A stretch of DNA of 63,691 nucleotides, counting the filler, from Hyphochytrium catenoides (taxonomy: Eukaryota > Protista > Hyphochytriomycota), in assembly GCA_900088475.1 (NCBI GenBank). It is 15 parts of 15 records of this genome, joined end to end, with 100 filler letters (N's around TTAATTAATTAA, not from the genome) between each part and the next. Parts side by side here need not be neighbours in the genome. Positions count along the whole stretch, not along the records: positions 20,735 to 23,735 come from FLMG01004495.1; positions 23,836 to 26,806 come from FLMG01001789.1; positions 26,907 to 31,618 come from FLMG01003263.1; positions 31,719 to 35,136 come from FLMG01002726.1; 11 more parts are not named here. One strand, written 5' to 3'. This document shows positions 22,881 through 35,236 of this stretch, piece by piece. The number at the start of each line of letters is the position of its first letter. The first letter of the stretch is position 1. The notes beneath the pieces were generated by a model. It saw only the letters and a list, made by a program, of their open reading frames with translations. It ran no database searches and was not told the origin of the DNA. Position numbers and translations under genes: made by a program.

Positions 22881-25800
22881 AGAGACGGAGAGAGAGACAC
22901 ACACGGACACGTCAAACTACTACCTGTGGAAGATAAAAGGCCAAAAAGATGAGAAAGGCGAAGACTAAGGTGATTGACAATGAATGACATACTGCCTTTA
23001 GATGGCAAAGGATGTGGCGTGAAGCATGGTGCACGGTGCGGATTTTATATGAGAAGACATAGAAGTAGGAGAGAGAAAACCAAGGACGAGAAAGGGTTAG
23101 AGTCCTACAGAGTTTTCTCAGATAAAGAGAGAGAGACAGAAAGAGAAAAAAAGGAGAGAGGGGCGAGAAGACATGGATTTAGACACCAAGGACAAAAAAA
23201 GAAAGAAGAGAGAGAAAGAGACGTCGGAAAAACTCTCTCTCCCTATAGAGAGAAAGGGGAGGGGAAGGGAAGAGAAGAGAGAGAGACATGTCGAACATTA
23301 TTGAACGTGGCAAACAGAGAGAAAGTGACGTCAGAGAGAAGGCGACAGGGAAGATAAAGAGAGATCCGGGAGAAAGGTGGCAGCCAGTGACATCTGCACT
23401 CTTATGGGAGAAGGATGTGGCAAGGAGCGTGGAGCAGTGCGTAGAATGTTGTGAGGACGAAGAGAGAGAGAGACAAGAGAGAGACGATAAGAGAGAGAGA
23501 GACAAGAGAGAAAGACAGACAGACAAACAATCAGACAGACAATTAGACAGACAGATAGAGAAATAGACAGATAGAGGAGGAGGCATTAAAGGACAAAGAG
23601 GAGAAAGAGGTAGAAGTCCGTGACAGGGAGTGACGTCTGTCTTCCCATTATGGCAAAGAATGTCGCGCGGGAGCATCGAGAAAGTTTTTCGGACTCTAAT
23701 AGAACTAAGTGAAAACCGGAGAGAGAGAGAGAGAGNNNNNNNNNNNNNNNNNNNNNNNNNNNNNNNNNNNNNNNNNNNNTTAATTAATTAANNNNNNNNN
23801 NNNNNNNNNNNNNNNNNNNNNNNNNNNNNNNNNNNTCGTTGTAGATCACGATGTTTCACTTCTTCTGCCTCCACCAGTCGACAAAGCGTGGACAAGGCAT
23901 CTTCCTTCTTCGCGCTCCGTTGTCTCTTCTTGTATTTCCCACGATTGCCAGCATAGGAGTCGGTGGTAGATGCGGCGCCTCCCTTGCTCGTCTGATCATC
24001 ACAATTGCTCTTTTGTCGTCGTTTCTTGGAAGGGTCGAACAACAGTGGTAAATCTTCTTGAGGAGGGGGTAATAATGGCTTTATCATATGAGAGTTGAGT
24101 AGATGTGATAGGAGGTCAAAGTCGTCCATAATAGCTTCTATCATCAACTCTGTATGTAACGATGGTTGTTGTTCCGACGACAGGTCGCTACGGAAAATCT
24201 CTCTTTGATCCCTTCCTGCCTCCTCCTCCTGAATATATTATCTGGCGGCTGAAGAATCTGTGCAGCGGTAGTTGGCGGTCGTGGGACCAGAAGAGACTGT
24301 CCAACCAACAAGTGCAGCATGAAAAGCTTCGTGAGACCCCACAAGGGAGCTTCTGGGGTTAGTTGTTGGAGAAAGGTCTCTGTCTGCCCCTCACTCACAC
24401 CAGTTCCCTTGCAGACCAAAGTGTGGGATGTCTGCCCCTCCCCCGCTCTCGCTTCATGCACGCAGCCACCTCCTCCTCCGGCCACAGATGTCACAAGGAA
24501 GGGCAGTTGTGGGAGGAACATTTTTCTTCATGGACAGAAGGAGGAAGAAAGTGGTGCATGTTCGCGTTAGGGGGTGACGCACCTCTCTGCCTGTGTTTCG
24601 GGGGGATCGGGGAGGGAAGAAGGGAGGGGGGCGAAAATTCTGATGGGGCATTATTACTTCCTTCGTCCTGTGGGGACTGTCGGCGGTAGAAAAGTACGGT
24701 CGTAAGGCTTAATTTCTGCTGTCATGTGGCAGCCATTGCTCGGACTGGAGGACATCATATCGATAGAGGTTATTTTCGGACTTCACCTACTTGTTAGTTG
24801 TAGAATACCTTAATATTAGACTCGTTAGATTTTCTTGACTGCAAGCATGTCACGTCCGTCGGTTTTTAGGAGCTGCTGGGCTTTCCTCGGTCGGGTGGTT
24901 GTTTGTCGTTTGTCCTCCTCCTCCGTGGCTGGTGGTGGAGGCGGTCTGTTCGTTGGCGGACCTATCGTCTTATTATTATATTATTGTCCTCATACCAGCA
25001 GCGACAGCAGCATGTTCGTTGGTTGATGCCACCAACAAAAGAACTCATCAATCAGTAGTGCGGCCAGCAGAAAAGACATCAAAGATCAACAGCAGCAGCA
25101 TGATGGTGTTTTGCCACCGCCACAGTCATCAGTCGCAAAGCCATCTTCAATGATGATGATGGGTGGTGGTCAAAGGTATAATAATAATATCAGCGGAAGA
25201 AGAAGCGGAAGATTCGGAAATAATAGATGATTGAGGAGTGGTGGCATCATTAAAGGTAGATGGTGCAGTAGCAAGAAGAAGTAGTGATGGTACCGCTGCT
25301 CTACAAGAAGATTACAGCGACGATGGGCAGCAGAAAGACACACGGTCGGTGCCACCAGCAGCAGTAGTTTCAGTCGTAGATGATCAGAACGACGCATCAT
25401 CAGTAGTGATGATGTGTCCCACCACAAGATTGAGCTTTGCCTCCAGAAGAATTTGTAAGATGACAGAATCGGGCGGTCGTGTAAGAAATAGTAATCTAAG
25501 AGCAGACGCAGCAGCAGCCACTGCCTGGTGGTTGGGATAGTTAGATGATGATGGCGGCGAGACGGTGGTGGTGGTATTGTTGCTAGAATGATGAGATAAC
25601 TTCCCACTCATCAACAGGAGGGAGACAGGGAATAATGCAGCACCAAAAAAAATAAAGGCCAGGGAACGAACGAATACCGCAGCGCCAAAAAAATAAAGGG
25701 CACAGAAGCTAGTCGGGACCACCCTCAGCAGCAACAGCAGCCGGAAGATGGCCCACCACCACCACCCAGAAGCAGCCAAAGAACCATTATTTGATTCTCC

Positions 25801-27007
25801 TGCTGCGGAGAATTTTCGCAGAGCGGCGTTGTTGATCTCGTTAGTCAATATGACGGATCGGAACTCTGAACTATTTCTTAACTTAGGAAATTTTCTCATA
25901 ACCTCCTTCTTGTTGCTGCTTAAGGACTATCACCACGCACCACGTTACCATGCCGCCGCCTGCGCAAATAATAATTATATTAGGACGAAAGTGTCCGACC
26001 CTGAGATCAGGAGAGGCAACGACGGCTGGCTTTATTTTTCTCTGCAAACAAGCAGAAGTAGAGAGCAGCTGAAGAGGTGGATGATAATAGAAGAATCTTT
26101 CTCTTCGGAGATGATGATGGTTGTTGCAGGACATCATCATCAATCATCATCATCAACTGGGAGGAGTGGTGGCGCATTGCAAAAATCCGTCCCCTTACCT
26201 CAGGAGGAGGAGAAGGATGAGTAGTGCTCTTCTCTATCTAGCAATGCAAGATGTGCAAGAGTGCGTTTGAAGAACTATCCTTTCACCAGCTGCTAGTGGT
26301 AGTGGTAGTAGAGGTTGCATCAGCAGCAAGGGAACAACAAGAGCGCTCGCACTGTGCGCAAAGGTGTGCCATCATACTAATACTAATTAGATGTACCTGC
26401 GCGCGTACATATGAACGTAACATGTGCGCCTTGTAATAATAAGCACTGAGATTAGGATAGCGTCCGACGAAAACAAAAGCGAACATCCAACTTTTGTGCG
26501 TACACATATTCGGCTTCATAGGCAGTACCCCTAATAGAGAAATGCACACGACGGGAGAGGGAACGCCATTATATCACCCAAATCTCATGAATCAGAACCC
26601 TTACCATAATTTTAATTAAATCTACTACTCGTAATAATAAGGCCACCAACAAGCACATCATCTGCATCATCATCTCTGAATAAAGAAGTTCGTTCTTCTT
26701 GATATTGAGCTGCCTCCGTAGCACATCTCCGTTATGTGCTTGTTAATAACCAGTCATTACCAGTCATTCCATTTGTTGGATGCCAGAACCAACACAATAG
26801 AATGACNNNNNNNNNNNNNNNNNNNNNNNNNNNNNNNNNNNNNNNNNNNNTTAATTAATTAANNNNNNNNNNNNNNNNNNNNNNNNNNNNNNNNNNNNNN
26901 NNNNNNCCCATAACACAGCTGTATCCGTAACGTCTATGTCCCTGAGAGCTAGGTGTGTATAGAGAGTGACTACTGTACTACTGACAACGAACATTGTAGC
27001 ACTCAAC

Positions 27008-27103
27008 AATTTTGATCACACACACACACACAAAACACGAAAAAGTCCATTTGTGCTGAAGCCCCTGTGGGTTGAAATTGAGGCTCACCCTTCGGGCTCG
27101 CAT
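27008..27103 (+). mobile_element. 3' end of a Helentron-like element ((CA)n plus CCCTTCGGG hairpin)
   Basis: Near-identical reverse complement of 30741-30857. Confidence 0.65.
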
Positions 27104-28415
27104 TTAGAAATAGTTGACATAATCAGAATAGCTCTTAGATTCTGGGACCTCAGTTGGGCTTATGGGTAGAGCACTCTCGTCTAATGACATTGTCCAAACA
27201 ACCCATACATAATTCAATAGCTTCTGGGCCAACGGGTCCCCCAGGACTCGAGCTTGTTCTGAGGTCTCTGAGCCACCCACTGGACCATTGGAATCCCGAT
27301 CAAAACCAGGATCAAGTCGGGTCCATGGAGCAGCCAACGAGCTCCCTGGATAAACAGCTACCCAGTATCGCCGCCAACCAAATCAACCAGCAGTACCGGC
27401 TATCCCGAACAACCCCGACAGGTACAGGAGTTCAGGAGGTCCTAACAGCAATTATTGTACTGTTATAATGTATGCCATCTGATGAAATTACAGAGCTGGA
27501 TGGCAATGCCTGAATGAAGTTTCTGTTGTTGGATTATATGGGATGATTGGACAATGTCACTAGATGCGAGTGCTCTACTTATATAAGCCCAGCTGGGGTC
27601 CCACAATCTAGAGCTATCCTGACTATGGCAACTCTTCCGAATAAAGTCTAAGATATTGTTGAATGTTCAGCTTCGGCCCTTCACAATAGGGAGTTTGAGA
27701 TGCGGGGAGGTGTTGGAGTCTGAGGGCACAGCTATGTGGCCTACAAGCTGGCAAGCTTAACTACCCAAGTGTCAGCTCTAAACTCCCAGTAGACCAAACT
27801 CTTAGATGTTGACTTGTGGGGTACTTGGGAAATTGGAAAATGAGATTAGAATGAAGTGGCGGCCGGACCAGAAGATGCGGCCTTATCCGCATTCGAGGAC
27901 TCGGATGCCTCACGGCCATTGATGCAACAAAAGTGGCCAAGCGCTACGAATATAGCAGCGCGTATAGGAGCTTCGTGGGTAGGCGTTACCCTCGCCACTT
28001 GCAACCGCCTAGCCAAGAAGCAGTTCTGGCAAAGCCAACAGACGCAGAGCTTGCTATTGAAGTAAAGTGCGCAGTCCTATCGGCACAGAATGTTGGAGTC
28101 TGAGGGCACAGCTATGTGGACTACAAGCTGGCAAGCTTAACTACCCAAGTTTCAGCTCTAAACTCCCAGTAGAAGCCGAGATATGAAGCAAACGAAATGC
28201 CCCTGTTTATATCTATGGCTTATGGTCAGTACCCCGGAATACCTTCAGGACTGACTGTTCTTGACAGGGATTTCTCTATGACTGAATATCTTAGTGTTTA
28301 TTCGGAATAGTTGGCATAGTCAGAATAGCTCTAGTTTATGGGACCCCAGTTGGGCTTATAAGTAGAGCACTCTCATCTAATGACATTGTCCAATCATCCC
28401 ACATAATCCAACACA

Positions 28416-30144
28416 GAATGCACCAGCGAAGGTCTCCACCATTAAGCTGATAGCAGCAAGGCCGCAGTCAAGCAATGAAAAGTCGATAGACTTCAAAAAA
28501 ACTGCTCGCTGACATGGTCTCTGGGTTTCCAAACCTCAGGCTAATAAGCGTAGCCTTCGATGGTTTATCAGCGGAGGCAGACTATATAAGAACAATCACT
28601 CTAGACTGGTTTTGGGGAAAAAGCAACTTATTGGCCCTCGTAGACCCCAACCATTCTGCCAAGGCACTTCGCTCACAACTTATACTCGGTGGAGATTGGT
28701 TCTAGCTGGCTCTGCCCTCATCGATCCAGGGTTGCTCCTGTTGGCCGGGGTAAGGAAGGAACTCTACCAAGTCACTGAGTATACGTCCGATGACCTCGTC
28801 CTCAAGCTGCGTTCGGTGGAAACTTTGGACAAACTACTGAGCTTAGAGCACCAGGAGATGCCATCGGCAGCCATGCTGGGCCTTTCCTTGTTCTTCATTC
28901 GTGCTTTTCTTCTTGGCGTCAACTCTGAATGCAGAAGGAGACGCAAATCTGCTACATGTGGTCAGCGCTACTGTGGTTAACCTCTCTACATGGTGTAGCT
29001 GCTACGACCAAGAGGAATATGATGGTGCAGTCAGTCATTCCAATAATGGTCTGTTTAGCAGCGAGGTCAGACGTGCAGAAGAATCGCCTGGTTACTAGCG
29101 AGCCCGCTGAGCATCAATTCGGCAATGTCAGGCAATGACAAGAGAGTTTACTGTGTCAGAGCTACTGATCTACGTAAAAAAGATTGAGCTTCTGCTGAAA
29201 TCCACCTTTCGGTCAGACATCAAGACCACAAACACAAGGCAGAAAGGATACCAGACTTCCTTTGAAGGCTTCAGATGCTCTGTGGAGAAGATTTTAGCTA
29301 CAAGGATGAGGAATAGGAAGAACACGGAGGGCACCCAGCAGGGTAATGAATCATACTATCAAGGCGCCCCTGCTGCTGATGGATAATCTAGAGAGCCCAA
29401 CGAGGAGGGACTTTTCAATGGCGTTGAGATAGATCCTGAGATGCCGATGGTAAATCAAGTCGAGAAGCCTTTGCTGAGACTTCTCAACGGCATCGCGGAT
29501 AAAATGCAATCCTTGATGAAGGAATGCTCCTTTCCTGACAAGGACATCTCTCCGTTCTGCAAAGCTTTCAAGGCTCTGAAGGAGCTTGGCCAGGAGTACT
29601 TGTCGTACATGCCAGCGGGATTCTCCTACTCGGGTTCTACTTCCTCCTCTCCTTCCTCTGATCAGCCACCAACCTCTGTATCGCCTCCTCCATAAAGGAA
29701 AGATGCGGAGGACGGAAAAGATGGAGGTAAATGCTGCTAAGACAAAGACAGCTGAGGAAAGCGAGGAGGACGCCATTCTTCGCCACCGCTTGGTGAGGAT
29801 TGTGACCGATTAACGAAAGATGAGGAAGAGGAGACACCTTTGTCTCAAGCTCAGAAGTCTCAAAACAACCTTGACGCCGGCCCTACTTTTGACGAGGCTT
29901 TGATGGAGAAGTACGATGGCGCAGCAGGTGTTGTCGCGTTGGACCTGGATGATAGTGAGTTTGTTAACCTCCTCTACTGCCGCCAAAAAAAGCCGAAAGT
30001 GTCACTGCTGAAGTGTGCGGCAGATTCCCTCAGGGTGCGAAAGGTACGCGATAGGGGCTCAGCGGACCAAGAGCAAAAGGCAAAGAGCATACAGCAACGC
30101 TGGTTTAGAGGCTCATCAAGGTCAACCAAGAAGGACGACGAGGG
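28416..30144 (+). pseudogene. Frameshifted P-element/THAP9-like DDE transposase relic
   Basis: Joined frames give IAARPQSSNEKS, SVAFDGLS (D1), LVDPNHSAKALRSQL (DxxH) and TSEPAEHQFGNVRQ (E). The order and flavour match the P-superfamily D, D(2)H and E..FG..R motifs. Confidence 0.6.
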
Positions 30145-30740
30145 TAAACGTAAGTGCTCACGTAAATAGGAACATGAAAGGGGGGTAAAAAGAAGCCAAA
30201 AGGACTTTGAAAACAAATGCAAACGTCGTTAATTCTGTGATTGGTCAGTTTTTGTGATCACCAAATAATCAATTTATCAAAAGCATATTGTTCGTCTTGG
30301 GTTCATTAGTTCATTCTCAAAACATGCCAAAGGGTGAATATGTTGCACGAAAGGGGACAGGTTTCGGTACTGTATAGTCCAATCGTACTGTAGCTCTTTT
30401 TGACACTGTACTCTGTAGTCGTTGTTCCGCTTTTCCCTATCCCCATTACAAGTACTATGCTGAGGAACCAGATCAACTCCAACTCCTCCCTGTTGTAGTT
30501 GTATTTATATAGCTGTTATTAGACCTACTATTCCAAATAAAAAACAAATATACTCGGTTATTATTCATCAAATCTCAATTTGGTAAGATGCTAATAATAA
30601 CGGAGTACCATGATACTATGATCAATCCTGCTTGAGCAAGTAAAGTACGGTGTACTCGTACAAATAAATAATCCTGCCGGTCAAGGCTGGATTACCCCTA
30701 TCTAAAAGGGCGAGCCCTCAGGCTTGCCTGCTGTATTGAT
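30145..30740 (-). mobile_element. 5' part of a Helentron-like element (copy of 17721-18338)
   Basis: About 600 bp of reverse-complement match to 17721-18338 with scattered indels. Confidence 0.75.
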
Positions 30741-31418
30741 TGCGAGCCCGAAGGGCGAGCCTCAATTTCAACCCACAGGGGCTTCAGCACAAATGGACTT
30801 TTTTGTGTTGTCTGTGTGTCTGTCTGTGTGTGTGTGTGTGTGTTTGTGATCAAAATTTCACTATTTGATTTTTCACTAATCACTGTTTGGGCCTTTTCTT
30901 TGGGTTGGCTCTTGGTGCACCTTGGTGATATGAAAGGGGTCAGAGAAGAAGCGAAAAGGCGTTTATGAACATAACTCGAATTTATCACCATAAACGGAGA
31001 CACATCGCGTTCGTCCACGCGAATGTTGTACCCTCATTTTACCTGAGACGCATCACCTACAGTCCTGTATTTTTAGCTGTAGGAGCTGAGGGTGGAGGTG
31101 ACATGTCACGCAACTCCTACAGCAGTCAGGAGTTGAGAAAGTTTCGCCATTCACTCACTCACTACTCTGCCGTACGAAGCGTGGGTGAACGAGTAGGGAG
31201 ATCCTTTAGAGAGTCTACCTCCTAGGAAATACAGATAGAACTAGTTCTCAGTTCTAGTTCATGTAGAAGGAATGAAGAGTTCTTGGGGTTATTTCTAAAT
31301 AAATTTGTACAACTAGGAAATCAGTGAGCCAAGCATCTTCCACTAATAATACAGCCGAAGGCTGGATTACGCACTAGTAACGTCGGGCGAGCCCTAGGCG
31401 AAGCCTAAAGCTATTGAT
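30741..31418 (-). mobile_element. Second apparently complete Helentron-like element with a different interior, head-to-tail with 30145-30740
   Basis: On the minus strand it starts ATCAATAG..GGGCTCGCCC..GTAATCCAGCCTTCGGCTGTATTA, has a (CA/CAGA)n tract, and ends GGCTCGCCCTTCGGGCTCGCA. Confidence 0.6.
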
Positions 31419-31718
31419 AGATTAATAGGCCAGTGTTTAACCCATACATTATAGTAGACCTCACCCCTTAGCCCGGTCCCAATGTTTTCTTTTGCTGCAG
31501 CAAGTCCCAAAAGGGGATATTAGCAAATGTATGGCGCCCTGCCGCCCGGTCTCCCATTTTATGTTGAGAGCAGAAGCTGACAAGAGCTCTAAAAGGCTCA
31601 CAGTTCCAGACTCCATCTNNNNNNNNNNNNNNNNNNNNNNNNNNNNNNNNNNNNNNNNNNNNTTAATTAATTAANNNNNNNNNNNNNNNNNNNNNNNNNN
31701 NNNNNNNNNNNNNNNNNN

Positions 31719-31763
31719 CCTAACCCTAACCCTAACCCTAACCCTAACCCTAACCCTAACCCC
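31719..31763 (+). repeat. Telomeric repeat (CCCTAA)n / TTAGGG at a contig start
   Basis: About 7 perfect CCCTAA units starting exactly at the contig edge, in chromosome-end orientation. Confidence 0.9.
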
Positions 31764-32727
31764 TCGTGATGTGAAAGAGAATAAAATGCCAAGGTTTTGT
31801 ATGAGTAAGCATGATAGGAAGGAGGACCTCCTTGTCGTTGGACCATGCTAAAGTTGGAAGGGCATTGGAGAGATGGACCCGGTAGATAAGCACTCCCGGA
31901 TAGTAATGAGCCAGCATCAGCATCCACGCGTCAATTACTGATGTGGCTACATTCTTTTCCTTTGTGTAGGCTTGGCTGATATCTCGGCTGTCAATCCAAA
32001 TGTCACTAGCACAGTCTGATGGCAGAAGAGTCGTGTATCCATCTGTAGCCTTCCAGCTACTGCCACCCAACCCAACGCTCCAGGGAGTTGCGATGATTTC
32101 CTCCACGGCTGCTTTCTTATCATCTGACATGAGAGACAACTTCATGCTAGCGAGAGATAGTAAGTGAAGGACGGCATCTGGTAGACAAGGCATGCTGCCA
32201 GACACGCCATTAGTATTGCCTCTTTCAGAAGGAGTCGGGTTGGTCTCTCGGGGAACAGCTTCTGGTTCTGACGATTCTGGTTCCTGGTCAGCACCTTCTG
32301 TGTCTCGTTCCACCGCTTGATGCAGCTCAATTACGGCAGCCGCCACACGGACGTGACGGTGGCGGTAGCAAAGGCCATTCTTTCCCCTGCGTGCCTTGTC
32401 ACAACCGTCAACCAAACATAGTATTGACCCATCACCAGCGGCCTTAGCATGTTCAACGCATTTAGTTGACTCTGATCTTCGCAAAGTCGTACAACCCTCC
32501 ACGTCACAGCGCTTCAATACCAACCCGCCGCGGTCTGGAAGATCGTTACTATGCCTCAGGCAGCAACGGGTCAATGTCGATACCTGACGTTTGCTGCATC
32601 CATCCACCTGACAAATTTTCCGTTTCTGGGGCACCTTCACACCCGCGAGAGACAAATGACGATAGCACTTGTCTTTCTTCCCCCGGCGCTGGCGCTGACA
32701 GTCAGGCACCGCACACTTCGGCGGCAT
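31756..32727 (-). CDS. Intronless protein with four C-x4-C-x10-C-x2-H zinc fingers and a truncated Ulp1/C48-like protease domain
   Basis: Fingers CAVPDC..CYRH, CQVDGC..CLRH, CDVEGC..CVEH and CLVDGC..CYRH. The C-terminus VIDAWMLML...VLLPIMLTHTKPWHFILFHI resembles the Ulp1 His region. The stop codon comes from the telomere repeat. Confidence 0.65.
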   Translation of the reverse strand: MPPKCAVPDCQRQRRGKKDKCYRHLSLAGVKVPQKRKICQVDGCSKRQVSTLTRCCLRHSNDLPDRGGLVLKRCDVEGCTTLRRSESTKCVEHAKAAGDGSILCLVDGCDKARRGKNGLCYRHRHVRVAAAVIELHQAVERDTEGADQEPESSEPEAVPRETNPTPSERGNTNGVSGSMPCLPDAVLHLLSLASMKLSLMSDDKKAAVEEIIATPWSVGLGGSSWKATDGYTTLLPSDCASDIWIDSRDISQAYTKEKNVATSVIDAWMLMLAHYYPGVLIYRVHLSNALPTLAWSNDKEVLLPIMLTHTKPWHFILFHITRG

Positions 32728-32796
32728 CGGCGTGGCGTTGCAAGTCCGTGATATAAGGCAAGAATGTAGAGTGAATTCACGCGCAGAGAGCTAGGA

Positions 32797-33210
32797 TAGC
32801 TGCATCCAAACAAACGCATAGATCTATAGCTGCATCCAAACGCAATGCGAGCACCAAGCACAAAGCATCCAAGCACAAAGCATCCAAGCACAGAGCATCC
32901 AAGCACAAAGCATCCAAGCACAAAGCATCCAAGCACAACACTTCACCATGTTAGTCAGCTATCAGTTATCTTGGTTTGATTATCATATAAACCCCATCCT
33001 CATAGATCTGTAGCTGCATCCAAACGCAATGCGAGAACCAAGCACAAAGCAGCTAAGCACAAACATCGAGCACCAAGCACAAAGCATCCAAGCACAACCT
33101 TTCAAAAACATGTTAGTCAGTTATCAGTTATTACTTGTACCAGACCAAAGATTTAATGGTGTAGCGTTCGTGGAGCGTTCAGTAAAGCGTGGAGCGTTCG
33201 TGGAGCGTTC
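32797..33210 (+). repeat. Subtelomeric/subterminal repeats: (AGCATCCAAGCACAA)n block duplicated, plus (GTGGAGCGTTC)n
   Basis: 15-mer tandem array at about 32850-32940; imperfect second copy of the whole block at about 33003-33130; 10-11-mer repeats at 33161-33210. Confidence 0.85.
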
Positions 33211-33416
33211 TATCTTCGGCTACTCCTGGGGGCCTCTTGGAGTGAGGTTCGAGCCCATTCCTGGAGCAGTTCTGACTCTCTTTGGAAGCCGTTTCTGTCA
33301 CTCAGTGCCCCCTTATACTTTCATGCTTGAAAGCTTTCACGCACTGAAGCGCTCTCACACAACCCTCTCATCCTTGACGATTCTTGCCTGTCCGAAAGCT
33401 CCGACATCAACGTTGC

Positions 33417-34759
33417 TCATTGATTGGCCTCTTCTCTCTGTTCAAGAAGTGGGTCCGTCCTACCTCTCTCCCGATAGAGCTTCAACATCTTTGTGCACAT
33501 CTGCAATGTTGGTAGCTTCCTTTCCTTCAGAAGAGAGGAGACGAGCTGCTCAGCCTTCTCTTGGTCTTTCCTTCTCACTAGCAGGCCCAGCCAGGAGTTA
33601 AGGGAAGGAAGATCGGGGGCAACCCTCCAAACATCCTTCATCTCTCTCCAAATCCTCTCTGCCTTTCCTTCCATATCAGCGTCGATGTACGCGGAGAACA
33701 GACAGCAGAGAAGAGGCGCCTCTGGGCGGACTCTCTCCTCGATCATCCGGCGGAAATACTGCTCGGCCATCGCGATGTCTCCTCCTCTCGCGTAGTGGCA
33801 GATGACGGTAATAAACGTCCTGGCGTTCCACTTCTGATCGGTCGCTTCTAACCTACGGAGCAATATCTGCAAAGGAGAGAGAGGACGAGAGGAAGTGTGG
33901 AGCGTCAGTAGTGGCGTAGGGTCAAGAGAGGAGAGGATCAGGGCGAGAGAGAGAGAAAGAGAGAGCTGGGGAGAGAGAGAGAAAGAGAGAGCTAGACAGA
34001 GAGAAGAGCGGACGGGCCGTCAGGAGAAGCTAGAGATAGCCCCTAGAGGGTACGGCAGTCAGGCCAAAAAACTGGCGAAACGGGATGAACAGGATGCAAG
34101 ACAACGACGAAAGACTGGAAAGGGACAGCCCTTGCGCGTTGCGTGAATCTCTCGAAAATAAAGAGAGAGAGGACAGAAAGAAAAGGGAGAGACACAAAAA
34201 AAGACAGAGAGAGAGAGAGATGCGTGGGGAAGGAGGCACCGGGGAAGATCCAAGTCCAACGAGCGGAGATAGACTGAAGTGTCGCAAAAGTAGGAGAGAG
34301 AGGCGGGCGGGCACCATGGACGCCACAATAAATAAGCTTTCAAAGGGAACTAGAGAGAGAGAGAGAGACGAGTCTAAGAGGAGAGTATCAAGAAGGTACT
34401 CGCTGCACAAAGTCTCCAGTGCCATAAAATACTCACGTGGAACCTCTGTCTACCTTTCTCTTGGCTGTGAAGGCCGAGGAGGGCATTGTAGGTGTAGATG
34501 TCAGGAGCCACACCTTCTTCTCGCATCACATCGTACACCTCTCTTGCCCTGTCCGCCCTCTTCGCGTTGGAGTACAGCGCAAGCAGGAGGTTGTAGGTCA
34601 GCACATTGGGAGAGAAAAAGTACGAGCGCATCATAGCCAGCACTTCCTCTCCTTTCTCCACCTCCCCTAAGCGCAGGCACACACCCAGCAAAGCGTTGAA
34701 GATTGACAGCGACGGAGCCAGCTGCACCTTCTCCAAAGCAGCTGCCATTCCGCCGAGAT
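33417..34759 (-). CDS. Pentatricopeptide repeat (PPR) protein, last two exons
   Basis: 35-aa repeats: IFNALLGVCLRLG, PNVLTYNLLLALY, PDIYTYNALL, TFITVICHYARGGD, PDLPSLNSWL. Confidence 0.9.
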
Positions 34760-35236
34760 CTAGGAAAATGTTATGGCTAAGTGGGACAAAAAGAACATAT
34801 ACAGAGAAGAGAAAGGAAGAGAGAAACTGGGGGAGAAGGAGACAGAGAGAACACAGAAAAACAGCGACAAGGACAAAGCGAGAGCTACGAAAGAACAACG
34901 CTCTGAACCAGAATCTCAGCTGCTTAGCGACACGACAGGAAACAGCTGCGACACAAAGCTTTCAGAGCAGAGCTAAAGATTGAGACAAAGAGATTAAAGT
35001 CCTTTGAACGCAAGAGACACCAGCTAAGCTAAAGACAGAGATCATGAAGCCCATCACGCCTAGCTCCCACAGAGAAGAAAGATGATAACAGTAAGATGGC
35101 TCGTCTCTCTCTCCCTTCTCCGTCTTTCGTCGGTCANNNNNNNNNNNNNNNNNNNNNNNNNNNNNNNNNNNNNNNNNNNNTTAATTAATTAANNNNNNNN
35201 NNNNNNNNNNNNNNNNNNNNNNNNNNNNNNNNNNNN

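Noticed and set aside
27008-30857. A single TIR transposon bounded by ~95-bp inverted repeats
   Set aside because: No TSD is visible, and the right repeat is better explained as the 3' end of element 30741-31418. Kept only as an alternative.
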